From: Candidatus Komeilibacteria bacterium RIFCSPHIGHO2_01_FULL_52_14
Lineage (GTDB): Bacteria > Patescibacteriota > Patescibacteriia > UBA1558 > 2-01-FULL-52-15
Length of the DNA: 50,773 bases
Direction of reading: 5' to 3'
Assembly: GCA_001818365.1 (NCBI GenBank)
Contig: MHKK01000015.1
Coordinates: 1-50,773 of the forward strand
Positions within the stretch are counted from its first letter, which is position 1, and every line of letters starts with the position of its first letter. The notes under the pieces were generated by a model. The model worked only from the letters and a program-made list of their open reading frames with translations, was not told where the DNA came from and did not search any database. The translations under genes were made by a program, and so were the position numbers. Below, in pieces: positions 42,685 through 50,773 of the stretch.

Positions 42685-43683
42685 ATGTCTCTCGAATACG
42701 CCAACAATAAAACAATACTCGTCACCGGGGGAACCGGATCCTTTGGACGAAGGTATGTGAAACATTTACTCGTCAATTCATCCGCAAAAAAGATCATTAT
42801 TTTCAGCCGCGATGAGCGGAAACAGCATCAGATGCGGCAGCAGCTGAAGGATGCGCGGCTTCGCTTCTTTCTTGGCGATGTCCGTGATCTGCCGCGCTTG
42901 CAGCGCGCACTGTATGGCGTTGATATCGTCGTGCACGCAGCGGCGCTCAAACAAATAGATACCCTCGAATACAATCCGTTTGAAGCCGTCAAAACGAATA
43001 TCATCGGCAGCCAGAATGTGATTGACGCGGGTATCGATCTGAATGTAGAAAAAGTCCTGCTCATTTCGACCGATAAAGCCGCTCAGCCGGCGAACCTCTA
43101 TGGCTCAACAAAATTATGCGCTGAGAAGCTGTTTATTAATGGCAATTCATATTCGCGCGGAAAGACATCCTTGAGCTGCGTGCGGTACGGCAACGTGATC
43201 GGTAGCCGGGGAAGCATCGTTGAAACGTTGCTCAATAATCGTGAAGCGAAGAAAGTTTCGATCACGGACGAGCGAATGACGAGATTTTGGATCACCTATG
43301 ACCAAGCCATGGACCTGGTGGATTTTGCACTCACTGCCATGGCTGGTGGTGAGATCTTTATCCCCAAGATCCCGAGCATGAAGCTTGTCGATCTGTTTGA
43401 AGCTTTGGTGCCTGACGCGGAGCGGGAGGTAGTCGGAATTCGCCCCGGCGAAAAATTACATGAGCTGCTTGTTACCAATGAAGAAGCGCGGCACACGATT
43501 GAACTGGAGGACTATTATGTGATACTGCCCGAAGACCCGTCGATTTTTGATGAGAAGCGATATAAGGATATTCTTGACGACGGCAAGGAGCTGCATACCG
43601 ATTTTTCGTATGCGAGCCATACGAATTCGATTTGGCTCACGCCGGAAGCGCTTGTTGAACTCATTATGAAGCAGCTGCAATGA
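42685..43683 (+). CDS. pseB: UDP-N-acetylglucosamine 4,6-dehydratase (inverting), PseB/FlaA1
   Basis: The protein resembles H. pylori FlaA1 (as I recall it) over its full length. Shared segments are ILVTGGTGSFG, IIIFSRDERKQ, RFFLGDVRD, HAAALKQIDTLEYNPFEAVKTNIIGSQNVIDA and STDKAAQPANLYGSTKLCAEKLF. Further shared segments are VRYGNVIGSRGS, MTRFWIT, GGEIFIPKIPSMK and GIRPGEKLHE. Confidence 0.85.
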   Translation: MSLEYANNKTILVTGGTGSFGRRYVKHLLVNSSAKKIIIFSRDERKQHQMRQQLKDARLRFFLGDVRDLPRLQRALYGVDIVVHAAALKQIDTLEYNPFEAVKTNIIGSQNVIDAGIDLNVEKVLLISTDKAAQPANLYGSTKLCAEKLFINGNSYSRGKTSLSCVRYGNVIGSRGSIVETLLNNREAKKVSITDERMTRFWITYDQAMDLVDFALTAMAGGEIFIPKIPSMKLVDLFEALVPDAEREVVGIRPGEKLHELLVTNEEARHTIELEDYYVILPEDPSIFDEKRYKDILDDGKELHTDFSYASHTNSIWLTPEALVELIMKQLQ

Positions 43684-44810
43684 TTCCCTACGGCAGACAA
43701 AGCATCGATACAAGCGACATCAAAGCGGCTGATACCGTTTTGGCTTCCGATTGGCTTACACAAGGGCCAAAGGTAGAGGAGTTCGAAAAAAAACTCGCAG
43801 CGTATTGCGGTGCACGGTTTGCCGTTGTCACGGCAAATGGCACCGCCGCGTTGATCGCAGCATACCGAGCAGCCGGACTTGCTGCAGGCGATGAATTCAT
43901 TACAACCCCACTGACGTTTCCGGCAACAGCAAACGCAGGCGTGTGGCTGGGCGCTCGGCCGGTATTTGTGGATGTAGAACCTGAAACTGGAAATATAGAC
44001 GCTTCTCAGATTGAATCCGCTATTACGCCTAAAACAAAACTTATTGCTCCTGTCGATTTTACCGGACGCCCGTGCGACCTTGAGCTGATCCGCGATATCG
44101 CCACTCGACAGAAGCTTGCAGTGGTGGAGGACGCGTGCCAAGCGCTTGGAGCGTCGTATAAGGGTCAAAAAATCGGGAGTATCAGCGATTGCACAGTTTT
44201 CAGTTTTCATCCGGTGAAAAGCATTACAACAGGCGAGGGAGGAGCGATTCTCACGAACAGCGAAGAGAAGTATAAACGTATGAAGGCATTCGTGAGCCAT
44301 GGTGTTGTTAAGGAGAATTTTGTGAATGAATCTCACGGCGATTGGTATTTTGAAATGCAGGATTTGGGCTTGAATTTTCGATTAACGGATTTTCAGTGTG
44401 CGCTGGGTATCAGCCAACTGTCGCGTATTAAAAAGCTTCTTGAGCGCCGCAGAGAGATTGCCGATAGATACCGGGTTGCGCTTGCCAGTTTGACCAGCAT
44501 TGCGCTTCCTCCCGAGGATGATGCAGTGCGTACCTCAGCCTGGCATTTATTCGTTATTCGGCTTCAGGGAGCTCTCGTACAGCGTAAGGCAGCTATTTTT
44601 CACGAGCTGAGGCAACAGGGCATTGGCGTTCAAGTCCATCACATCCCGACGCACCTCCATCCGTATTATGCCAAACTCGGCTACCGAAAGGGTGCGTTGC
44701 CAAAGGCGGAACGCTTTTACGAAGCTGCCCTATCATTGCCGATGTACCCTGATTTGACCGAGCAGGATCAAAAACAAGTTGTCGATACCGTTAAAAAGGT
44801 TTTGATCTAA
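43680..44810 (+). CDS. pseC: UDP-4-amino-4,6-dideoxy-N-acetyl-beta-L-altrosamine transaminase, PseC
   Basis: There is an ATGA overlap with pseB. The N-terminal IPYGRQSI...WLTQGPKVEEFEKKLAAY is present. FSFHPVKSITTGEGGAILTN contains the PLP lysine. NFRLTDFQCALGISQL is also present. Confidence 0.8.
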   Translation: MIPYGRQSIDTSDIKAADTVLASDWLTQGPKVEEFEKKLAAYCGARFAVVTANGTAALIAAYRAAGLAAGDEFITTPLTFPATANAGVWLGARPVFVDVEPETGNIDASQIESAITPKTKLIAPVDFTGRPCDLELIRDIATRQKLAVVEDACQALGASYKGQKIGSISDCTVFSFHPVKSITTGEGGAILTNSEEKYKRMKAFVSHGVVKENFVNESHGDWYFEMQDLGLNFRLTDFQCALGISQLSRIKKLLERRREIADRYRVALASLTSIALPPEDDAVRTSAWHLFVIRLQGALVQRKAAIFHELRQQGIGVQVHHIPTHLHPYYAKLGYRKGALPKAERFYEAALSLPMYPDLTEQDQKQVVDTVKKVLI

Positions 44811-44824
44811 TATGTTCTTCTCGT

Positions 44825-45436
44825 ATGATTAAGTATAGAAATGCCTTGGTAATTTTCGGGGGAGGGCTTTCCCGTGATAAGAGCGGAGAATGGCATACAA
44901 CGAATTTTGACGAAGGCGACAACCATGGTGTACTTGGCGATCGCTTACGCGTTCTTGCGGGACGCAGCCTGCTTACCGATGATCCGGATCAACTTGTTGT
45001 CGTTCTTGGCGGGTTGGGACAATTGGCTGGTACCGGAGCACCTCCCGTATCCGAGGTTTTAAAAAAAGAACTGATTGACCTGGGAGTTCCGCGGAGACAA
45101 ATAATAACGGAAAAAAAATCGGGGACAACGTATCAGCAGCTGCAGGAACTAAAAAAAATTATTAGATCCCGCACACTGGTGGATCTGTTGCTTATTACAA
45201 ACGCATTTCACGTTAAGAGAGTAAAGATGATGATCAGGCTTGATCCCGTATTGCAGAGGTTGCTGCTGAACGGGAAGATGAAAGTCCGTTCCGCCGAGGA
45301 TGTTTTGATACAAAAAGATTCACGCTGGAAAAAAAAGATAAGAGCGGCGTATAGCACTAAGTTCATGAAAGAGAGAATAAAGAAAGAAGAAGAGGGAGTG
45401 CGGCAGCTGCGAAGCGGTAAGTATCTACTGAAATGA
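44825..45436 (+). CDS. DUF218/YdcF (SanA/ElyC-like) family protein
   Basis: ALVIFGGGLS, VVVLGGLG and LLLITNAFHVKRV are present. The stop overlaps the pseI start (ATGA). Confidence 0.6.
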   Translation: MIKYRNALVIFGGGLSRDKSGEWHTTNFDEGDNHGVLGDRLRVLAGRSLLTDDPDQLVVVLGGLGQLAGTGAPPVSEVLKKELIDLGVPRRQIITEKKSGTTYQQLQELKKIIRSRTLVDLLLITNAFHVKRVKMMIRLDPVLQRLLLNGKMKVRSAEDVLIQKDSRWKKKIRAAYSTKFMKERIKKEEEGVRQLRSGKYLLK

Positions 45437-46518
45437 AAACTCCTCAATTCAGCATCTCGACTCCAAAAGGGCAACGTCCTATCGGTTTCGGGCACCCGTG
45501 TTTTATCGTTGCCGAAGTTTCGTGCAATCACATGCAGCGGAGAGAAAAAGCCGAAAAAATCATACGGATAGCCGCGGAATCGGGGGCTGATGCAGTGAAG
45601 CTTCAAACCTTTACTCCGGACACGATTACGTTACATTCCGATACCGAGTATTTTCTGGTCGGAGGAAAAGACAATCCCGATTCCTGGAAGCAAAAAACAT
45701 TGTACGATTTGTATCAGACCGCATTTATGCCTTGGGAATGGCAGGCGGAACTCAAAGAGCTCGCAGAAAAGCTCGGTCTGGTATTTTTTTCCTCACCGTT
45801 TGATGAAACCGCGGTGGATTTTTTGGAAACGTTGCACGTCGTTCTGTATAAAATCGCGTCGTACGAGATGACTCATATTCCGTTATTGAAAAAAGTCGCA
45901 TCGACAGGCAAGCCGGTTATCATGTCGGTCGGTTTCAATTCTCTTGATGAAGCAGAGGAGTCCGTGAGGGCATTGAGAAAAAATAATTGCAACGATATTG
46001 CGCTTCTTCATTGCTTAAATACCTATGCAGACGAAGCCGAACCGCAGAACGCCAATCTCATAATGATTCGCGAACTTGCCGATCATTTTAATGTGGTAAG
46101 CGGTTTTTCAGATAATAACGGCGGGATCGCATATGCAATTCTTGCGGCTGCAGCCGGAGCGTCAATCATCGAAAAGCACGTAATCGAGAGCCGTACCGAC
46201 AAATCGTTCGACCAGCGGTTTTCAATTGATGCCAATCAGTTAAAGGAAATGGTTGATACCATCAGGAAAAATGAGAAGGCCATGGGCAAGGTTCATTACG
46301 GACCAGTAAATGAAGCTGAAAAATATAATTTACGCTTCAGGCGATCGATATTTGCCGCAAAAGAAATACGAAAAGGTGAAACATTTACATCCGCGAATAT
46401 CCGGGTCGTGCGGCCGGCGTTCGGAATGCAGCCAAAGTTTTATGAATCGGTGATCGGCAAAATTGCCAAGCGCGATATAAAGTTCGGCACACCTATCGCG
46501 AAGGACTGTATTACATAA
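45433..46518 (+). CDS. pseI: Pseudaminic acid synthase (NeuB-family PEP-condensing enzyme), PseI
   Basis: CFIVAEVSCNH, DAVKLQTFTPDTITL, LYDLYQTAFMPWEW, FSSPFDETAVDFL and YKIASYEM are present. The C-terminal SAF domain is VRPAFGMQPKFYESVIGKIAKRDIKFG. As I recall it, this closely parallels C. jejuni PseI (VRPSFGLHPKFYQELLGKKASKDIKFG). Confidence 0.8.
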   Translation: MKTPQFSISTPKGQRPIGFGHPCFIVAEVSCNHMQRREKAEKIIRIAAESGADAVKLQTFTPDTITLHSDTEYFLVGGKDNPDSWKQKTLYDLYQTAFMPWEWQAELKELAEKLGLVFFSSPFDETAVDFLETLHVVLYKIASYEMTHIPLLKKVASTGKPVIMSVGFNSLDEAEESVRALRKNNCNDIALLHCLNTYADEAEPQNANLIMIRELADHFNVVSGFSDNNGGIAYAILAAAAGASIIEKHVIESRTDKSFDQRFSIDANQLKEMVDTIRKNEKAMGKVHYGPVNEAEKYNLRFRRSIFAAKEIRKGETFTSANIRVVRPAFGMQPKFYESVIGKIAKRDIKFGTPIAKDCIT

Positions 46519-46532
46519 CCATATGTCTGTGT

Positions 46533-47729
46533 ATGCAGCACATTAAGCTCCGAATCCCATTCGATCTTGGCACGTACGAAGAGCCGTTTATGGAATTTCC
46601 CAGAAAGGTTCCGTTTATTTTGGAATACGATGACAAGGAACTATTGATCAGAGAAAAAATAACACGAAACATCCGGACATACCTCAAGAAGTATTATGAA
46701 AAGGGTGGGTATGGATCCACACCGCTCGGACAAGGTGATTACGGAAAGAGACAGGGCGATGAATTGTTCGACGTCATCAGTGGTATGCTGACCGAGGAAT
46801 CGAAAAATATTCATGACATGAATTTTCTCGAAATTGGGTCGTCATACGGGTATTTGTTGTATTTATTGAAGCAGCATGGAGCACGGGATGTGCTGGGAGT
46901 TGAGCCAGGAGATGAAGGAGTCATCGGTGGTAAGAAATACGGCGTGCCGTTCATTCAGGATTTTTTTCCGACCAAACGGCTGACTCGGAAATTCGATTGC
47001 ATACTCAGTCACGCCGTGCTCGAACATGTTGAAAAACCCGATGAATTTGTGAGCGAAATATACGACACCTTAGCGGGCGGCGGTTGTACTTTTATTGCAG
47101 TGCCGGACAGCGAAAAAAAGATGCTTGTCGGTGATCCGTCCGTATTGACGCATCAACACGTTAACTATTTTACGAAGTACTCGTTGCAAATTTTACTGCA
47201 GAGGATCGGATTCTCAAGGATAAAGGTTTGGAGCTCAGACAAGAGATCGATTTTGTACGGCTGGGGAGTCAAGGCGGCCGACGGCCGTCGCATACCGAAT
47301 GAAACCGCGACGGGTGACCATGATGGTGAGATTTTTAGCGCGTTTGACAGAAACGTCAAAAAAAACATTTCTTCCATTCAGAAGCTGCTTACCGAGCGCG
47401 AGAAACGCGGACGTACCGTCGGGCTCTATGCTCCCTCGATCGTCCTTGACGGTCTGCTGTCGTTTAGCAAGGAGCCGCGCTTGTTCGATACGGATGAGAT
47501 GAAGCACGGTAGATTCATGGCTGGTTTTAAAAACAGAATCGAATCGCCGCTCAATCTCGTCGATCATCCGGTTGACGTATTGTTCATTGCGCCGGTCGAT
47601 TACGATACGGAAATACGCTCGTATTTAAAAAGCATCCTCCCGCATACTGAAAAGACGGAGATTATATCGCTCAAGAAAATATACGAGGAAAATAGCGGGG
47701 TACGCTATGCAGTGGGCAGCGTAGCATGA
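46533..47729 (+). CDS. Class I SAM-dependent methyltransferase with C-terminal extension (NDP-sugar C-methyltransferase-like layout)
   Basis: Motif I is FLEIGSSYGYLLYLL, and ILSHAVLEHVEKPDEF is present. An additional C-terminal domain of about 150 aa follows (GRTVGLYAPSIVLDGLL). Confidence 0.65.
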   Translation: MQHIKLRIPFDLGTYEEPFMEFPRKVPFILEYDDKELLIREKITRNIRTYLKKYYEKGGYGSTPLGQGDYGKRQGDELFDVISGMLTEESKNIHDMNFLEIGSSYGYLLYLLKQHGARDVLGVEPGDEGVIGGKKYGVPFIQDFFPTKRLTRKFDCILSHAVLEHVEKPDEFVSEIYDTLAGGGCTFIAVPDSEKKMLVGDPSVLTHQHVNYFTKYSLQILLQRIGFSRIKVWSSDKRSILYGWGVKAADGRRIPNETATGDHDGEIFSAFDRNVKKNISSIQKLLTEREKRGRTVGLYAPSIVLDGLLSFSKEPRLFDTDEMKHGRFMAGFKNRIESPLNLVDHPVDVLFIAPVDYDTEIRSYLKSILPHTEKTEIISLKKIYEENSGVRYAVGSVA

Positions 47730-48718
47730 ATCGAAGACCTATGAAAAAAAACAAACGAAATATTCTGATTACGTGCGCAGGCGGGAGCGCGTCGATCTAT
47801 ATGGCGCAGCAGCTATCCGCCCGCCATACTATTTTCTTAGCCGATGCCGATGAGCGGAGCATCGCGCCGTTTCTCGGTTTTCCTTTCAAAAGGATACCGC
47901 TCGGGAAATCGAAAAATTATTTGAGCGCCATAAAGAAATTGGTTCGTATCTGGAATATCGATTGTATTGTCCCAGGAGCCGACGAGGAGCTTCGGGTTAT
48001 CAGCCGATATTCGCGATCGGCAAAGAACGTGTCAGCCGTGGTTCCGAACGATCAATTCATAAAAAAATGTTTGAATAAATACGAGTTGATGCTGGAATTG
48101 CATAAGCTTAAGATATCGTCGCTGTTGCCGTGGAATACCCTGCGGCACGTACGATATCCGGCGATCGTCAAACCCCGTTATGGCCGTGGGTCCCGCGGCG
48201 TGCACGTCGTGCACAACCGAAAGCAATTACTCGGGTATATCGCCCTGTACAAAGTTCATTTTAGCGATCTTGTCGTCCAGCCGTATATCAACGGTACCGA
48301 ATACACCGTCTCGGTCATTGTCAACAACAAGAATGCGCTCATCGGCGTTGTCCCCAAGAGGGTTATTCTCAAGCGCGGCATAACAAGAGTAGCGGTTGCC
48401 GAGCGGCACAAGGCCATTGAGGATGTATGCGGTATGATTGTCAAAAAAATGAATCCGTGCGGTCCGTTCAACGTTCAGCTCATGCGATTGAAGAATACAT
48501 TGTATATCTTCGAAATTAATCCGCGGCTATCGACGACATCCGTTCTTACGGATCGTGCATTCGGAAACGAGATAGATCTCTATATACGGCATGAAAATGC
48601 GACGGTTATAAAACGAAAACCGGAATTCAGAAGTGGAATGTATCTGTATCGCTACGAAAAAAATTGCTTTCGAACGGGACGTAAATCCTTAACAAAGTAT
48701 TTGAGCGATCGGGAATAA
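47726..48718 (+). CDS. ATP-grasp domain ligase
   Basis: There is an ATGA overlap. NILITCAGG, YPAIVKPRYGRGSRGVHVV, LVVQPYINGTEYTV and YIFEINPRLS match the ATP-grasp nucleotide- and Mg-binding elements. Confidence 0.75.
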   Translation: MNRRPMKKNKRNILITCAGGSASIYMAQQLSARHTIFLADADERSIAPFLGFPFKRIPLGKSKNYLSAIKKLVRIWNIDCIVPGADEELRVISRYSRSAKNVSAVVPNDQFIKKCLNKYELMLELHKLKISSLLPWNTLRHVRYPAIVKPRYGRGSRGVHVVHNRKQLLGYIALYKVHFSDLVVQPYINGTEYTVSVIVNNKNALIGVVPKRVILKRGITRVAVAERHKAIEDVCGMIVKKMNPCGPFNVQLMRLKNTLYIFEINPRLSTTSVLTDRAFGNEIDLYIRHENATVIKRKPEFRSGMYLYRYEKNCFRTGRKSLTKYLSDRE

Positions 48719-48719
48719 A

Positions 48720-49412
48720 ATGAATTACATCGTCGGTGATGTCCATGCAAATAGTGAGGAATTAAGAAAACTCCTGGTGAAGATCAGGCCCACGCGTGAT
48801 GATACGCTGATTTTCTTGGGAGATTATATCGACAAGAACGTACATACCAAGGATACCCTGGATACTCTGGAGACCTTACAGAGCGAATCGAATTGCATTT
48901 TTATAAAGGGAAACCATGATTTCGTGTGGGATCGTTATCTGAATCACGGCGAACTGCAGCGTAATGCGTTCTTGCTGAAGTACGGCGGCGTTGAGGCACT
49001 CACGGGATTATGCGATTCGCCGGCCTCAATGATTGGTGATAATAAGATCGAATTGATAAAAGATTTACTGGCGGATTATCTTAAGCTCATTCCAAAAATG
49101 CGGGATTATCATCTTGTCGACAAGTATCTGGCGATTCATGCAGGGCTAAAACACGATCAAATTCATCAATCGCCTCTTATTTTTACCGAAGAAAATTATT
49201 TTTTAAGAATGGATAAGGATGAGATTAATCCGAAATATCTTGATCGGTATCGTATCGTGGCAGGGCACACCCAATTCGGCCTCGAGCCCACGATAACGCC
49301 GACTTATATTAATATTGACCTCGGGGCCGGTTACGGTTATTATTTGGCGGCATTCTGTATCGAAGATAAGAGAGTATACAGGTCCGATGGAGCTGTCTTT
49401 GATGTTAAATAA
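48720..49412 (+). CDS. Calcineurin-like metallophosphoesterase (ApaH/PrpE-like)
   Basis: The canonical motifs are present in order: GDVHAN, LIFLGDYIDKN, GNHD and, later, VAGHT. Confidence 0.8.
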   Translation: MNYIVGDVHANSEELRKLLVKIRPTRDDTLIFLGDYIDKNVHTKDTLDTLETLQSESNCIFIKGNHDFVWDRYLNHGELQRNAFLLKYGGVEALTGLCDSPASMIGDNKIELIKDLLADYLKLIPKMRDYHLVDKYLAIHAGLKHDQIHQSPLIFTEENYFLRMDKDEINPKYLDRYRIVAGHTQFGLEPTITPTYINIDLGAGYGYYLAAFCIEDKRVYRSDGAVFDVK

Positions 49413-49432
49413 GCAACCTATTCATCACGATT

Positions 49433-50110
49433 ATGAAAAATAAATCCATTGCGATTGTCGCTGCACATCCTGATGACGAGATCCTTGGCGCAGGCGGTAC
49501 GCTTATTAGGCATTGCAGGAGCGGTTATGATGTTCATTGTCTCGTCCTTGGGGAAGGTGTTCTGTCCCGGGATGCGTCATCCAAGGATATGCAGTCATCG
49601 CTTCTGAAAAACGCCATGGAAGCGGCGAAAATAATAGGTTTCAAGAAGATTGATTTTGCCAATCTTCCCGACAACGCTTTTGACACCGTAAGTTTATTGA
49701 GTGTTACAAAAATAGTTGAAAAATTTTTGAATGAGGTTAATCCTCATATCGTCTATACGCATCATGAATACGATTTGAATGTCGATCACAGGATCGCATT
49801 TCAAGCCGTACTGACCGCTGCGCGTCCGGGCGTTTATCCGGAGCTTGAACAACTATTGACGTTCGAAACCTTGTCATCCACGGAATGGCAGAGAAAGGAC
49901 TTCAAGACATTCCAACCCAATGTGTACGTCGATATTTCTTCGTCGATCGATCAGAAAATCAAGGCGCTCGCTGCGTATACATCCGAGGTGCGTCCGTACC
50001 CGCATCCGCGTTCACTTGAGGGTATCCGGATTCTGAGTAAGTATCGCGGTATGGAGTCGGGCTTGATGGCCGCAGAAGCGTTTTGCGAAATTCGTCGAAT
50101 AGTCAGATAG
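49433..50110 (+). CDS. PIG-L/LmbE family N-acetylsugar deacetylase
   Basis: The signature AHPDDEILGAGGT is present, followed by HHEYDLNVDH (Zn ligands). Confidence 0.8.
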   Translation: MKNKSIAIVAAHPDDEILGAGGTLIRHCRSGYDVHCLVLGEGVLSRDASSKDMQSSLLKNAMEAAKIIGFKKIDFANLPDNAFDTVSLLSVTKIVEKFLNEVNPHIVYTHHEYDLNVDHRIAFQAVLTAARPGVYPELEQLLTFETLSSTEWQRKDFKTFQPNVYVDISSSIDQKIKALAAYTSEVRPYPHPRSLEGIRILSKYRGMESGLMAAEAFCEIRRIVR

Positions 50111-50138
50111 CAGGTTATTTTTTTACAATGATTGTAAC

Positions 50139-50645
50139 ATGACGCAACAAGCACCAACTTCTCATAGCGATACCCGCTCAATATCGGAAATACGAAAAGC
50201 CACGTTTGATGATGCCGAATTGTTGTTGAATTGGCGCAATGACGAAGTCACGCGGATGCAGGCGTTTACTCAGGATATCATTAAACCTGACGATCACCGA
50301 CAATGGCTTGAACGAACGCTCGGAGACCCGAAAAAAGTGCTTCAAATCATTCTGAATGAGCAAAGCGAGCCTATCGGGCAGGTACGTTTCGATATAAGCG
50401 GAACTGTCGCGGAAATTACGATTGCCCTTGGCCCGGAGTACCGGAATAGGGGATACGGGACTCTGGCTCTCATAGAAAGCTCCACGCGTTTCATGGAACA
50501 TCATCCGGAGGTACGCCGTATCCGGGCCCGCATCAAAGAAACCAACGAAGTATCGATTAAGGTTTTTAAGCGGGCTGGATATGGAGACGAGCGACGCGAT
50601 AAAGAGGTGGTATCGCTGTTTTTCGCGGGAAGAAAAAAAGATTAA
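50139..50645 (+). CDS. pseH: GNAT N-acetyltransferase, PseH-like
   Basis: DAELLLNWRNDEVTRMQAFTQDIIKPDDHRQWLERTL matches the PseH-type N-terminus (LxWRNxxxVR...H..W). The acetyl-CoA motif is RNRGYGTLAL. The assignment over other GNATs is tentative. Confidence 0.55.
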   Translation: MTQQAPTSHSDTRSISEIRKATFDDAELLLNWRNDEVTRMQAFTQDIIKPDDHRQWLERTLGDPKKVLQIILNEQSEPIGQVRFDISGTVAEITIALGPEYRNRGYGTLALIESSTRFMEHHPEVRRIRARIKETNEVSIKVFKRAGYGDERRDKEVVSLFFAGRKKD

Positions 50646-50656
50646 TTACGTATTCT

Positions 50657-50773
50657 ATGAACAAAGTTTTCTTAGACGGTGTAACAGTTTATCTCCGAGG
50701 CATAGAAGAAACCGATCTGACTGATTCCTACATTCAATGGTTTAACGACAGCGAGGTATGTCAATATAACTCC
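50657..50773 (+). CDS. Second GNAT (RimL/RimJ-like) N-acyltransferase, 3' end outside the window
   Basis: This open frame of 39 codons starts at ATG 50657 and runs to the window edge. VYLRGIEETDLTDSYIQWFNDSEV is a typical GNAT N-terminus. Confidence 0.55.
   Translation, partial: MNKVFLDGVTVYLRGIEETDLTDSYIQWFNDSEVCQYNS

Noticed and set aside
43515-44336. A 273-aa minus-strand ORF antisense to pseB/pseC
   Set aside because: This is a shadow ORF. It is Cys/Arg-rich low-complexity sequence, and the plus strand encodes full-length PseB and PseC homologues.
1-50773. A search for CRISPR arrays, IS elements/transposases, integrases, prophage genes, toxin-antitoxin pairs and known defence-system genes
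   Set aside because: No spaced direct repeats were found, and no terminal inverted repeats flank an ORF. No DDE, tyrosine-recombinase, serine-recombinase, nuclease or helicase motifs were recognised in any frame. Every large ORF is accounted for by an envelope or glycan function.

Overview
This 50.8-kb window is dominated by cell-envelope and surface-glycan genes. The gene content includes an ECF sigma factor with a DUF5667-like membrane partner, a Wzy_C-TPR fusion, small HTH proteins and a 1254-aa secreted S/T/N-rich repeat protein. I saw no rRNA, CRISPR array, transposase, integrase or lipid-A/core genes. To me this looks like a small-genome monoderm bacterium of the Patescibacteria/CPR type, but that taxonomic call is inference only. 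TGA is used as a stop (six ATGA start/stop overlaps), so the standard bacterial code applies. Layout: (1) 1-6.7 kb holds a partial PBP transpeptidase and a tRNA-Glu(CUC) sitting in an unusual GC-rich, self-similar structured region. It also holds a squalene/phytoene-synthase-like gene divergent from uppS, four uncharacterised envelope proteins and a small HTH protein. (2) 6.9-12.9 kb holds an ECF sigma factor, an anti-sigma-like membrane protein, a 435-nt structured leader and a giant secreted repeat protein. (3) 13.1-32.1 kb holds a TPR protein, a Wzy_C-TPR membrane protein, one divergent GT4 gene and a 13-gene, about 14.5-kb plus-strand glycan operon. That operon has four GT-B transferases, a GtrB-like GT2, two GT-C-like membrane proteins, four SAM methyltransferases, an RmlD-like reductase and an AsnB-type amidotransferase. 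(4) 32.1-37.1 kb is a compositional mosaic of independently promoted modules: a GC-rich Gmm-like Nudix gene, a GT4, and an AT-rich epimerase plus KpsS-like transferase. (5) 37.1-50.8 kb holds an HTH gene, a Wzx flippase and a nonulosonic-acid operon. It carries clear PseB, PseC, PseI and PseH-like genes, a cytidylyltransferase, an oxidoreductase/aminotransferase pair and an uncommon tailoring block. That block has a methyltransferase, ATP-grasp, metallophosphoesterase, PIG-L deacetylase and two GNATs. My best candidate for a new system is a surface-glycoprotein machine. It would consist of the giant sequon-rich protein, a Wzy_C-TPR candidate O-oligosaccharyltransferase, a polyprenyl-P-sugar/GT-C pair and a heavily tailored pseudaminic-acid branch that lacks a recognisable PseG. 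All product calls come from motif recognition by eye; no searches were run.
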